Notes: generated by a model from the sequence alone, not told the origin. 35,122 bases of DNA from an uncultured bacterium (GCA_965369655.1 CBDUQR010000032.1:1-35122); one strand, 5' to 3'. Shown: positions 20,118-29,180, counted from the first letter of the stretch. Numbers and translations are program-made.

Positions 20118-21458
20118 CTATTCAAGAGTACCCATTACTGTGTGCAGGCGGGCTATGGCGAGATAGTAGTCATACTTCTTCGCCACTTTGTCAGCCTCGG
20201 CCTCCATCAAATTCGCTTCCGCGGTTAATATGTCCAGAATAGTTGCTGCTCCGAGAGTGTATTTCTCCTGTTCAAACTTGAAATCTTCTCTTGCGCATTC
20301 GAGTCTTTCGTCTGCCAGCTCACGCGCCTTTGCCTGTAGCTTCAGGTTCAAATACGCCTCTCGCGCCTCTCGCTCAACATCGCGCCTTGTATCAAGGACC
20401 TCGTACTCTGCAGTCCGCAGGCTCGCCTTTGCAGTTCCTGTGCTGCGTCTTGTGGCAAACCTGTTGAAGATGTTGAACGATACGGTACCGGCAAGAGTAA
20501 GAGTCTGAGAGTTACCCCATGATTCGTCGGGAAATACATCCGACTTGAAGCGGTCCCAATCCTTGGATGCGTAGAGACCGATGTTTGGAAGATAGCCCTT
20601 CCTCGCGTATCTGAGATCGTTTCTTGCCGCAATGAGGCTCTCTCTGGTGGAAAGCAGTTGCCGATTGTTGGTGATCGCAGCACGGGTCACTTCATCCAGT
20701 GATAAGCTGACGTCGGCAGCTTCATATTCGGCGACAGTGATGTCATCGTTAACACTGCTTCCGATGGCGTAGTTGAGATTACCCTGTGCTGTAGCGACAT
20801 TGTTCTCTGCTGTCAGCAGATTCAACTGAGCTTCTGAAAGACGGACTTTCGTCTTGAGTACGTCAGATTTGGCGGAAGAGCCTAATTCGAACTTGGTCTC
20901 GGATATTTTCATAAGTTCTTCTGACCGCTCCACTGCCTTTTTCCTTTGCTCGAGCAGAGCCTGAGCCTGCAGAAGTCCGAAGTATTTTGTTTTAATGTTG
21001 TAGACAGCATTTAGTTGTGCTTGAGATAGGTTGTGTTTGGCTGCTGATTGACTTGCTTTCGAACTTGCAAGATTTGTCCAGTTCCCGAAGCCATCAAAGA
21101 GCGTAAGGCGTGCCTCGAGACCCGCAGACATACTGTGGCTTCTCTCTGTGTAGTTCGTATCCCTGAAAATGAGTTCAACCCGGTCAAAAATCCTGGTCTC
21201 GTCGTTGCGTCTCATTGAGCGGGTTAAGCTTAGATCGAGTGTCGGCAGAAACGCCCCGTAAGCAGACAGGAGGTTTGCTTCAGATTGCTTCAGGCTGCTC
21301 TCTGCCCTTATCACGGTTAAGTCAGTCGCCAGGGCTTTCTCGATGCACTGCTCAACTGTGAGAACCTGCGACTGCCCTGTCGCAGCCACAGTAAGAGCCA
21401 GGACAGCCAATAGTACAATTCCACATGTCAGAAAGAGATGCTTGTCACAGCATTTCAT
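20118..21458 (-). CDS. TolC-family outer membrane efflux protein
   Basis: Signal peptide, LTVEQCIEKAL, and two OEP repeats (AFLPTL...LFDGF...FELG; GYLPNI...IFNRF...YTLG...DIL). Confidence 0.92.
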   Translation of the reverse strand: MKCCDKHLFLTCGIVLLAVLALTVAATGQSQVLTVEQCIEKALATDLTVIRAESSLKQSEANLLSAYGAFLPTLDLSLTRSMRRNDETRIFDRVELIFRDTNYTERSHSMSAGLEARLTLFDGFGNWTNLASSKASQSAAKHNLSQAQLNAVYNIKTKYFGLLQAQALLEQRKKAVERSEELMKISETKFELGSSAKSDVLKTKVRLSEAQLNLLTAENNVATAQGNLNYAIGSSVNDDITVAEYEAADVSLSLDEVTRAAITNNRQLLSTRESLIAARNDLRYARKGYLPNIGLYASKDWDRFKSDVFPDESWGNSQTLTLAGTVSFNIFNRFATRRSTGTAKASLRTAEYEVLDTRRDVEREAREAYLNLKLQAKARELADERLECAREDFKFEQEKYTLGAATILDILTAEANLMEAEADKVAKKYDYYLAIARLHTVMGTLE

Positions 21459-21475
21459 TGGTCATTCTCCTATTC

Positions 21476-22228
21476 CTAAATCCCAAACATTCCACCTGTG
21501 AATTTCGACGCAAGGGCGCTTAACATGACCCAGACCAGCCAGAACGACGTCACCCAGATACCGATCTTCTTCGGCAAGACTTTTGGCAGGAAAACACCCA
21601 TACCTATAGTCACTACAGCCAGCAGCCAAATTGCAAAAATATCGATCTTGTCGAGGAAGTTGAAAAGAAAACTGGATGTGTCACCCGATGGGATGAGTAA
21701 CGCCAGGCTCGTGTGAACGTCCATCGATTGTTTCATATGTACGAGGATGCCCTTGATGATTGTCTCGGGCACGGATATCAGTGATGCGAATGCGTACACA
21801 TGTATCATGCCAACGAATTTCGCATCACCTCCGAGAATGATATTGCCGATCAGGAGGAGTATCGCAGCTATTATGAGTGTGATTGCGCCTGCTGCTACCG
21901 GACCAATTGCCCATTGCCAGATCGGCGGGTTCTCCATGCTTTCACGCGTGTTCGATAATATCTCTTCTCGCTGGCTCTCAGACATCGAGCCGAACCAGGG
22001 GGCGTTTTCCATCCTGCGAAGCTGTTCTTCCACTACAATCGGCTTGAGGAACATGTATGACGCAGTGCTGACTGCAAACACGATGAGGATCGGAATGATC
22101 CACGCCCACTTACTTCTGGTAAGACTCATGAATGTCTCTTTCGGCGAGACGAAGATGTTCATGAATCTCGCGGCAGGACTCATATCTAAATATGGCAGGC
22201 CGTTGATCTCTTCTTCACTCGGAACCAT
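21476..22228 (-). CDS. Yip1-family membrane protein (YknW-like)
   Basis: IFVSPKETF motif, about 5 TM helices, DIFAIW motif; strong RBS AGGAGG before the ATG at 22228. Confidence 0.85.
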   Translation of the reverse strand: MVPSEEEINGLPYLDMSPAARFMNIFVSPKETFMSLTRSKWAWIIPILIVFAVSTASYMFLKPIVVEEQLRRMENAPWFGSMSESQREEILSNTRESMENPPIWQWAIGPVAAGAITLIIAAILLLIGNIILGGDAKFVGMIHVYAFASLISVPETIIKGILVHMKQSMDVHTSLALLIPSGDTSSFLFNFLDKIDIFAIWLLAVVTIGMGVFLPKVLPKKIGIWVTSFWLVWVMLSALASKFTGGMFGI

Positions 22229-22261
22229 GGTTTCCCTCCTTTCGCCTTTCATGTTACATCA

Positions 22262-22288
22262 GACGGGAATAACCTCCCGAATGTTTCA
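22262..22288 (-). promoter_or_regulatory. ECF sigma factor-type promoter for the Yip1-TolC-Mac operon
   Basis: Minus strand reads TGAAAC-N17-CGTC(TGA), matching the AAC / CGT signature of SigW/SigM-type ECF promoters. Confidence 0.65.
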
Positions 22289-22403
22289 CAAATAGGGACG
22301 TTCAACAGGCTATTCTGCAAGGTGTACACCCGAGTTCGTCCTTTATTCACACATTTGAATCTTCATTAGCAATCAACAGGCAATCTCAGACGTAGTCAGC
22401 GAT

Positions 22404-23060
22404 TCACCCGAACCTGACATGCTCCGCCCCGCACTCAACCATCAGTATCAAAATTCCTGAACCGACCGATACCGTCAACGTGTCGGCTGTAATCATATTG
22501 CTCAGACCGAGCGAGCCGGGGATCATCTCAATGCCGTCTGCCTCCCATTTGGCGCCGTGAATAGATACATCCGAAGCCGACAATCCGAAGCTGAAGACCG
22601 AGAAAATCGCTCCATCGCAGTTGTCGATGGTACAACCGCAGCAATCGCTCCCGATAGAAAACGCTACCGACGAATCATCAGCCATCAGGACCCTGCCGGG
22701 GTGTCTTGCGAGCAGGCTCATGTTTGCAAGAAAATGATCCATCCGCAATCCCGCTCCGGAGAGTATGATAACTCTGTCCGCGCCTCTCGTAAGCGCCAGT
22801 TCGACAGCGATCTCGGCATCCGACTTGTCCTTGTCCCGCGGGAATCGAACGAGCTCGATTTCGCCGACATTCTGAAGCGATTCGGAAGCGATGGAGTCCA
22901 TATCTCCGACCAGGATGTCGGGCTTGATATCAGCGCGCCTGAGGTGATCGAAGCCTGCGTCGGCAGCGATCACAATGTCAGATTTTCCGCAGTAGTCTGT
23001 CAGGACATGATCCGCAACCGGTACGCCACCACACACGACGCATGCAATCAGATTAGACAT
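22404..23060 (-). CDS. thiN: Thiamine pyrophosphokinase
   Basis: IAADAG, PDILVGDMDS, DKDKSDAEIA, GLRMDHFLAN, GAKW, LGLSN. Confidence 0.92.
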   Translation of the reverse strand: MSNLIACVVCGGVPVADHVLTDYCGKSDIVIAADAGFDHLRRADIKPDILVGDMDSIASESLQNVGEIELVRFPRDKDKSDAEIAVELALTRGADRVIILSGAGLRMDHFLANMSLLARHPGRVLMADDSSVAFSIGSDCCGCTIDNCDGAIFSVFSFGLSASDVSIHGAKWEADGIEMIPGSLGLSNMITADTLTVSVGSGILILMVECGAEHVRFG

Positions 23061-23195
23061 GCATCGAATATAACCGCTTCAGCAGCCTTTGGAAGAAAAA
23101 AGTAGGGTGTTCCGTAGTCGAGACTAATGCAGAGAGTGGAGATTATCCGTTCCGGTGGTCCCGTGCGGCCGCCGAAGGCGGACGTGTACATTGTT

Positions 23196-23308
23196 GCGGT
23201 AGGTCTTGTGAATCCGCGTTGGCGGATTCATGTGACCTGCCGCTCATGTCTGACATATGTTTACGTGTCAGGTCACAATGCCGCTCACATGGCATCAAGA
23301 CCTGACAC
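23196..23308. repeat. Inverted pair of REP-like palindromes
   Basis: Hairpin 1 (23196-23243) GCGGTAGGTC..TGAATCCGC-gttg-GCGGATTCA..GACCTGCCGC; hairpin 2 (23265-23308) GTGTCAGGTC...GACCTGACAC. They share CAGGTCACA...CAAGACCT in opposite orientation. Confidence 0.7.
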
Positions 23309-23346
23309 AACGGAGGATAGGCGGCCTGTCCGCTTGACGTCCCCAG

Positions 23347-25434
23347 CTAATTCTTGGATGCCAACTGTTTCAACCGCTGCCACTCCGGGTCGCGCGCGTA
23401 TTTTTGCTCGGTGTCCGGATTCGCGGCTTCGACGAACTTCCTGTAGTACTTCCGTGCGTCCTTGTCTTTTCCTCTCGACAGGCTGGCCAGCGCTATGAGC
23501 GCGTACACGTCGGCTTTGTCGTCGGTCAGCTTTTCGGCTTTCTTGTAGGCTTTGATTGCGTCCTTATACTTGCCAAGCACGGAGTATGCGTCGCCCAATC
23601 CGATGAAACTTACATACACATTCTTGTTTTCATCACATGCGGTCTTGAAGTCGGCGAGAGCGAGTTCGTACTCACCTCTCTGAATGTAGGCGTAGCCCCT
23701 TGCCCTGAGAGCCTGGAGATGATCCGGATTGAGATCCAGTGCGTCTGAGAAGGCTGATATAGCAGAACTTACCTGACCGACAGACGCGTACATTCTGCCT
23801 GCCTTCATAAAATCTTCGATCGCATCAGCGGCATGACCGGCTGCCCTGAAGGCTCCGGCGCGCTTCACGTAGTTCTGTGCGTTCCTATCGAGTTCCAGCG
23901 CTTTGTTGTATTCGGCTATGGCTGCGTAGAAACTGTGCGCTGTCATAGCCTCGTCGCCCGCGCGGATATAGTCTGCCGCAGTCAGCTCAGGTGGAGTGTC
24001 ATTCGGGATCTCATCCAATTCAGCCGTTACTTTCGTTGTCTCGTTGCGCTTGATCCGCACGGTCTGCTCGAACGTTTCGTATCCATCGAGCTTGACGACA
24101 AGTTTGTGTTTGCCTTCCCATACCTTCCTGATCTTGCGCGCGCCCTTGCCATAACTCTTGTTGTCGAGGAAAATCTCTGCCTCATCAAATCCCATTGCGA
24201 TATCAAGGACTCCGTATCTGGCCACCTTCATTTTCTGCGCAGGCTTCTCGACAAAATCCTGTCCTGCCGTCATCGCATCGGTTATCCCTGCATGATCCGA
24301 TCCGCGCAAATCGATTGCGACGAGGGAATTGCGATCACTGCCGTGCTGCACCGTGGCGCGGGCTGTCTCAAAGAACGGCGTCTCAGCGTCTATTGTATAG
24401 ATGCCTTCGGGAACCATCTCGAAGATGAACATACCGTCCTGGTTGGTCGTGACCGATTTGCCTGTCTCGAGAATCGTAATTTTGACGTCGGTGAGAACCT
24501 GCTGAGTTGATTCGTCGACGACGACGCCGACGAGCGAAGCCGTGATCATTCCCGGTCCGCTCTTGACAATACTCGATACGAGCAGGAGGATAACGACTGC
24601 TGCCAGCGCACCGATGAGGGTCAGAGTCTTACGATCTCTCTTCCTGGGTTGAAGGCTGTAAGTTGTGTTTCTGAAGACGACATGCTCTCCGGCGGAGAAC
24701 TTTGTCGTCCGGTGGAAATGCAGTCTTGAACCAGAGAACTGCACCACTTGCGAGCGGTCACCTTCTTCCACCAGCTCAGGTTTGGGAGATAGCGTGTGCG
24801 AATGCGGACCGTCGGATTCTCCCGTACTATCAGAGGAGGACGCTTCGATGCCGCGATTGTCGGAGCGTTTATCTGTTGAATACTCGGGTGATATATGGTC
24901 ACTTTCGGGCACTGCCGGATGGCTGTTCTCATTGGTCATTGATGGTATCTTTGACCGCAAACTCTCCAGGAGTTTCATCTTATCATCATGGCCGACCGTA
25001 TCTTGCTGCTCTGTCACCTGCTCCGATTCACTGCGCTGTTCGGATTCTGAACCGACCTCTGCGTTATCTGCCTGGTCGGGCAGATCAATTTCATTCGTTC
25101 TCTCAAACATATCCGAGTCACCGGCCATACCGTTCTTGGTCGATGAACTCTCAATGCTCTCTGATTCAGACCCGTCGAAAGCCGACTTCGACTTAATGGA
25201 GTTTACTTCCGTTAAATCCTCTTCGACAGTGCACTCGAAATCCGATGTTTCCGACTTCGGATGCGAATCGCCTTCAGGGGGTCGTGCCGAATCCCGTTCG
25301 TCTTGATGATCGCGCGACAGCTTGTCATCGCTGATGTTCGACCTCGCATTGCCGCCGAGGCTTGAACCGCATTTGCGACAAGAATTGGCGCCGTCAAAGC
25401 GATTGTATTCTCCGCATTCTGGACATATTGCCAC
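23347..25434 (-). CDS. Bitopic membrane protein: Zn-ribbon, acidic linker, TM, carboxypeptidase-regulatory-like, PEGA, TPR
   Basis: CPECG...CRKCG; D/E/S-rich linker; TM LIGALAAVVILLLV; TTNQDGMFIF..PEGIYTI; EIFLDNK...GKHKLVVKLDGYE; several TPRs; GTG start with AGGAG. Confidence 0.85.
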   Translation of the reverse strand: MAICPECGEYNRFDGANSCRKCGSSLGGNARSNISDDKLSRDHQDERDSARPPEGDSHPKSETSDFECTVEEDLTEVNSIKSKSAFDGSESESIESSSTKNGMAGDSDMFERTNEIDLPDQADNAEVGSESEQRSESEQVTEQQDTVGHDDKMKLLESLRSKIPSMTNENSHPAVPESDHISPEYSTDKRSDNRGIEASSSDSTGESDGPHSHTLSPKPELVEEGDRSQVVQFSGSRLHFHRTTKFSAGEHVVFRNTTYSLQPRKRDRKTLTLIGALAAVVILLLVSSIVKSGPGMITASLVGVVVDESTQQVLTDVKITILETGKSVTTNQDGMFIFEMVPEGIYTIDAETPFFETARATVQHGSDRNSLVAIDLRGSDHAGITDAMTAGQDFVEKPAQKMKVARYGVLDIAMGFDEAEIFLDNKSYGKGARKIRKVWEGKHKLVVKLDGYETFEQTVRIKRNETTKVTAELDEIPNDTPPELTAADYIRAGDEAMTAHSFYAAIAEYNKALELDRNAQNYVKRAGAFRAAGHAADAIEDFMKAGRMYASVGQVSSAISAFSDALDLNPDHLQALRARGYAYIQRGEYELALADFKTACDENKNVYVSFIGLGDAYSVLGKYKDAIKAYKKAEKLTDDKADVYALIALASLSRGKDKDARKYYRKFVEAANPDTEQKYARDPEWQRLKQLASKN

Positions 25435-25475
25435 CTGTGTACTCCTGTTGCAGTCTGGGGTCTCCTATAAGTAGA

Positions 25476-25503
25476 TTATCGGAGTCGATGACGGCGCTCT
25501 TTA
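25476..25503 (-). promoter_or_regulatory. Sigma-28 (FliA/SigD)-like promoter
   Basis: Minus strand reads TAAA-N16-TCCGATAA (consensus TAAA-N15/16-GCCGATAA), 41 nt before the GTG start. Confidence 0.5.
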
Positions 25504-25620
25504 GCCCAACTATAACCTCTGTAGTGACAGTCTGTTACGGAACATTGACAGGACGATATTTGAGCGACATGAGACACTATGCCGTTCCTGCCGCAACGAC
25601 TTTCCAGCAGGCTTTTTCGC

Positions 25621-25649
25621 TTGACACCAATTAAGCAACTAACTATACT
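25621..25649 (+). promoter_or_regulatory. Near-consensus sigma-70 promoter
   Basis: TTGACA-N17-TATACT upstream of the lipoprotein gene. Confidence 0.8.
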
Positions 25650-25694
25650 TTCCGTCTAATGTTACAGACATTTGACAAGAAGGGAACAAGCATA

Positions 25695-26765
25695 ATGAGT
25701 AGCATAGTAAGGTTTCTGTTGTTGTCGGTTTTGGTTGTCCTTGTGATAAATGCAATCGGATGCGGTAAGAAAGAGGTAGAGCCGGTAGATGAAGTGTATT
25801 TTGGCAATGCCTTGCAATTAAAGCCAAAGTGGCTACCTACTCTTCTGGACCCATCCAAATCCTGCTATGAACTTTGGCTGGTCAAGTTCGATTTCACGGT
25901 CGATGAGGATAGCAATGCAATCAGGATTGTGGAGGACGAAGTCAGTCTTGGCAAGTTCTACTGGAACACGACCGCCTACGAGTTTTATTCGCTCGGCAGC
26001 CAGCCGATCTCCGACATTTTTTCTGTTCCGGGTGGACGCAACGTATATGATTTCAACGTTGTCATGATTACGGTGGAGCCGCTGACCGACGATTGTGTTC
26101 GATCAAACAACGGACTGATCTTCTACGAGATCACCGACCCTATTCTTCCAATTCACGGGCAGTTTAATATGTTTGACAGGGCTGCCTACGATGTTGTTCT
26201 GGAGTATGAGGCTCCAGTCAATACTGAAGTCAATAGTATTCACGCCTCATTCATGTTGAGGACGTATTCAGATGATGGGAATCCTGATTCGAATTCGCTG
26301 ACTGGACTATGGTTCCATGGTGAAACCTACCGGGTTAGTCGACTTGTCATAGATCAGGCTCTGTACATGCCTATGATTCAGCCAAATGCGAATTTTGTGT
26401 ATGAAGGCTGGGTATTTGTTGAAGACTCATTCCCTTGTCCGCTCTCAACCGGGAAGTTCCGCAATCCGAACGTTCAGGATTGGGACAATTCGCACGGTGG
26501 GACGGATTGGTATCCGAATGTACCCGGCGAAGATTTCATCAACGATCCACCGCCAGGCTTCACGTTTCCGGTAAGTCTTGTAGGTAATGGCAAAGTATTT
26601 ATCACATTCGAGCCATATCCGGATCCTGAGCCGGACAAGATGTTCCCGTTCATCTTGTTTGATCGATTGTTGCCTGTTAACGAGCCCAGTTACGACAATG
26701 AGATAGAGATGGGGAGCCGGTACAATACTCTTCCCCAATTCGATGCGGTTGTGTTGACTCTTTAG
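25695..26765 (+). CDS. Lipoprotein with two RskA-C-like repeats, function unknown
   Basis: Lipobox NAIG-C after a hydrophobic stretch; repeats YELW..SLGKF..ITVEP and YEGW..STGKF..ITFEP. Confidence 0.8.
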   Translation: MSSIVRFLLLSVLVVLVINAIGCGKKEVEPVDEVYFGNALQLKPKWLPTLLDPSKSCYELWLVKFDFTVDEDSNAIRIVEDEVSLGKFYWNTTAYEFYSLGSQPISDIFSVPGGRNVYDFNVVMITVEPLTDDCVRSNNGLIFYEITDPILPIHGQFNMFDRAAYDVVLEYEAPVNTEVNSIHASFMLRTYSDDGNPDSNSLTGLWFHGETYRVSRLVIDQALYMPMIQPNANFVYEGWVFVEDSFPCPLSTGKFRNPNVQDWDNSHGGTDWYPNVPGEDFINDPPPGFTFPVSLVGNGKVFITFEPYPDPEPDKMFPFILFDRLLPVNEPSYDNEIEMGSRYNTLPQFDAVVLTL

Positions 26766-26796
26766 TGATGGAATAGCAGGACAAGACACAGATTCA

Positions 26797-26834
26797 CAAA
26801 TGGCTGACGCACAGATTGTAACGTCAGCCATTTG
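26797..26834 (+). terminator. 13-bp perfect inverted repeat between the lipoprotein gene and hppA
   Basis: CAAATGGCTGACG-N12-CGTCAGCCATTTG. Confidence 0.5.
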
Positions 26835-26889
26835 CATAGATAGCACTACACACATCATAGGACTTGAGCTAACGAAAGGAGCTGCCTGA

Positions 26890-28884
26890 ATGGACCTTGG
26901 TATCTTAGCCGTGATTCTCGGTGCAGTCGGTCTGCTGTTCGCGCTCATTCTGTTTTTCTCGATCAAGCGCATGCCGCCCGGTAACGAATTGATGCAGGAG
27001 CTTGGTGAGAGAATTCATAATGGCGCAATGGTGTTCTTGAAGCAGGAGTACAGAATCCTCGCGATATTCGTCGTGATCGTATTTCTGTTGCTCGGATGGA
27101 AGATAGGATGGTTGACCGCCATCGCGTTCGTGAGCGGCGCGATCTGCTCGATGCTGGCCGGATACTTCGGTATGTCTGCTGCAACTGCCGCCAATACGCG
27201 CACGGCGCAGGCAGCGGCAACATCGGGACAGGCCAAAGCGCTCATCGCTGCTTTCTCAGGCGGCGCTGTGATGGGCATGTCTGTCGCATCGCTTGGCCTG
27301 CTCGGTATTGGAATCTACTTCCATTTCTTTGGCAATGTAACCAGTTATTCGATCCTCACCGGTTTTGCGATGGGTGCATCATCGATTGCGCTCTTTGCCC
27401 GTGTTTCCGGCGGTATTTTCACGAAGTCTGCTGATGTTGGCGCGGACCTTGTCGGTAAAATTGAAGCTGGTATTCCAGAGGATGATCCCCGGAATCCAGC
27501 CGTTATCGCCGACAATGTTGGTGACAACGTCGGTGACGTCGCAGGGATGGGTGCGGATCTGTTCGAGTCATACGTCGGCTCGGTTATCGCTACTATCGCC
27601 ATTGCTGCAACGATGGTAACAATGGGTGGGGACAAGATTAGCGATACGGTTCGGACATCACTGATGATGCTCCCGCTGGCGATCGTTACTGCCGGTATTG
27701 TCGCCTCAATCGTTGGCAATATCTCGATTCGCGCGTTTGCCGCTATGAATCCAGCCGCAGTGCTGAGAGGCGTGACATACGTTGGCGCGATCATCATGCT
27801 GGTGGCGACTTATTTCATCGTCAAGAGGCTTGATCTGCCGATTGGCATATTCTGGGCGGTAGTTGTCGGAAATCTCGCTGGTATTACACTCGGCCTGCTG
27901 ACTGAATACTACACGTCTGGGAAGCCGATCCGCAATATCGCGAAGGCGTCGGAAACCGGACCGGCAACCAACATCATATCCGGCCTCGCGGTCGGAATGG
28001 AATCGGTCGCATTGCCGGTGGTTGTGATCTGCATCGCGATTTTCATTGGTTACAAGTTTGCCGACCTGTATGGAATCGGTATTGCTGCGGTCGGTATGCT
28101 GGCGACAATCGGCGTGACCATGTCTGTTGATGCCTACGGTCCAGTCGCCGATAACGCGGGTGGAATCACCGAGATGGCCGGTCTTGGCGAGAATGTCAGG
28201 AAAATCACCGATAAGCTCGACTCGCTCGGCAATACGACAGCCGCTATCGGCAAAGGCTTTGCCATAGGTTCTGCTGCATTGACAGCTCTGGCACTTTTCG
28301 CGGCGTACACTACGGCCGTCAGGCTTGAGATGATTAACCTCCTTGAACCCAAAGTGATCGTCGGTTTGTTCCTCGGCGGAATGCTGCCATTTGTTGTAGC
28401 CTCGCTGACAATGAAGGCTGTCGGGCGCGCAGCGTTCCAGATGGTCAACGAAGTGAGAAGACAGTTCAGAGAGATCAAGGGTCTTATGGAAGGCAAAGCC
28501 AAGCCTGACTCAGACAGATGTGTGCAGATCGCAACAAACAACGCACTCAGGGAGATGGTGATTCCGGGACTGCTCGCGATCATTGCTCCGATTCTTGTCG
28601 GTTCGCTACTTGGAAAAGAAGCGCTTGGTGGTCTTCTCGCTGGCGCGACGCTTTCGGGAGTGCTCCTTGCGCTGATGATGGCCAACGGCGGCGGCGCATG
28701 GGACAATGCGAAGAAGTTAATCGAAGGTGGCGCGTACGGTGGCAAGGGCTCTGATGCTCACATGGCTGCCGTAGTTGGTGACACTGTTGGCGATCCGTTC
28801 AAGGATACATCCGGACCGTCGATGAACATCCTCATCAAGCTGATGGCGATGGTGTCGCTGGTGCTCGCACCGCTGTTTATATAG
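26890..28884 (+). CDS. hppA: Membrane-integral pyrophosphatase, K+-dependent (probably Na+-translocating)
   Basis: [65 protein letters not shown] (Ala at the K+-dependence site), [14 protein letters not shown]. Confidence 0.96.
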   Translation: MDLGILAVILGAVGLLFALILFFSIKRMPPGNELMQELGERIHNGAMVFLKQEYRILAIFVVIVFLLLGWKIGWLTAIAFVSGAICSMLAGYFGMSAATAANTRTAQAAATSGQAKALIAAFSGGAVMGMSVASLGLLGIGIYFHFFGNVTSYSILTGFAMGASSIALFARVSGGIFTKSADVGADLVGKIEAGIPEDDPRNPAVIADNVGDNVGDVAGMGADLFESYVGSVIATIAIAATMVTMGGDKISDTVRTSLMMLPLAIVTAGIVASIVGNISIRAFAAMNPAAVLRGVTYVGAIIMLVATYFIVKRLDLPIGIFWAVVVGNLAGITLGLLTEYYTSGKPIRNIAKASETGPATNIISGLAVGMESVALPVVVICIAIFIGYKFADLYGIGIAAVGMLATIGVTMSVDAYGPVADNAGGITEMAGLGENVRKITDKLDSLGNTTAAIGKGFAIGSAALTALALFAAYTTAVRLEMINLLEPKVIVGLFLGGMLPFVVASLTMKAVGRAAFQMVNEVRRQFREIKGLMEGKAKPDSDRCVQIATNNALREMVIPGLLAIIAPILVGSLLGKEALGGLLAGATLSGVLLALMMANGGGAWDNAKKLIEGGAYGGKGSDAHMAAVVGDTVGDPFKDTSGPSMNILIKLMAMVSLVLAPLFI

Positions 28885-28922
28885 AACGCATTTTTGCTTC
28901 GACTGATAGATGCAGCCCGGCG

Positions 28923-29097
28923 GAGGTTGTCCCAAAAGTTCTGATTAACTCAAGCGGTAAGCTGACTCTGTCTCTCCCGCGAAGGCGGGAGCCTATTTAA
29001 CATCAACGCATTCAATAGATTCCCGCCTGCGCGGGAATGACGCTATTTTCTTTCGCAAACATGATTACCTGCTTTTCGGATCTTTTGGGACAGCCTC
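28923..29097. mobile_element. 175-bp MITE (16-bp TIRs, 4-bp target duplication)
   Basis: GAGGTTGTCCCAAAAG (28923-28938) and CTTTTGGGACAGCCTC (29082-29097) match at 15/16; GGCG flanks both ends (28919-28922, 29098-29101). Confidence 0.8.
28970..29041. repeat. Inverted pair of TCCCGC-N4-GCGGGA palindromes (dRS3/RPE-like) inside the MITE
   Basis: GTCTCTCCCGCGAAGGCGGGAGCCTATT ... AATAGATTCCCGCCTGCGCGGGAATGAC. Confidence 0.75.
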
Positions 29098-29180
29098 GGC
29101 GCAATCGCAGGGCTGTTTTTTGTTGAATCACGGGTGCCTGTTTGCCTTAGATTCAATTGGGAGACTTTATTCGAGTCGCT

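Larger units (their letters stand above)
28913..29121 (+). terminator. hppA intrinsic terminator split by the MITE
   Basis: The reconstructed empty site reads CAGCCCgGCG-caat-CGCaGGGCTG-TTTTTT. Confidence 0.65.

Noticed and set aside
22400-22420. ACCCGAACCTGA, resembling part of a TPP riboswitch near thiN
   Set aside because: It is the antisense of the last thiN codons, on the wrong strand and at the wrong end. No TPP aptamer core was found upstream of thiN.
23127-23498. 123-aa ORF over the palindrome region
   Set aside because: It runs through the repeats and overlaps the TPR gene antisense, and the sequence is not protein-like.
26766-26889. Possible ion-sensing riboswitch upstream of hppA
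   Set aside because: Only one simple inverted repeat is visible, with no conserved aptamer I can recognise. An Rfam scan would be needed.
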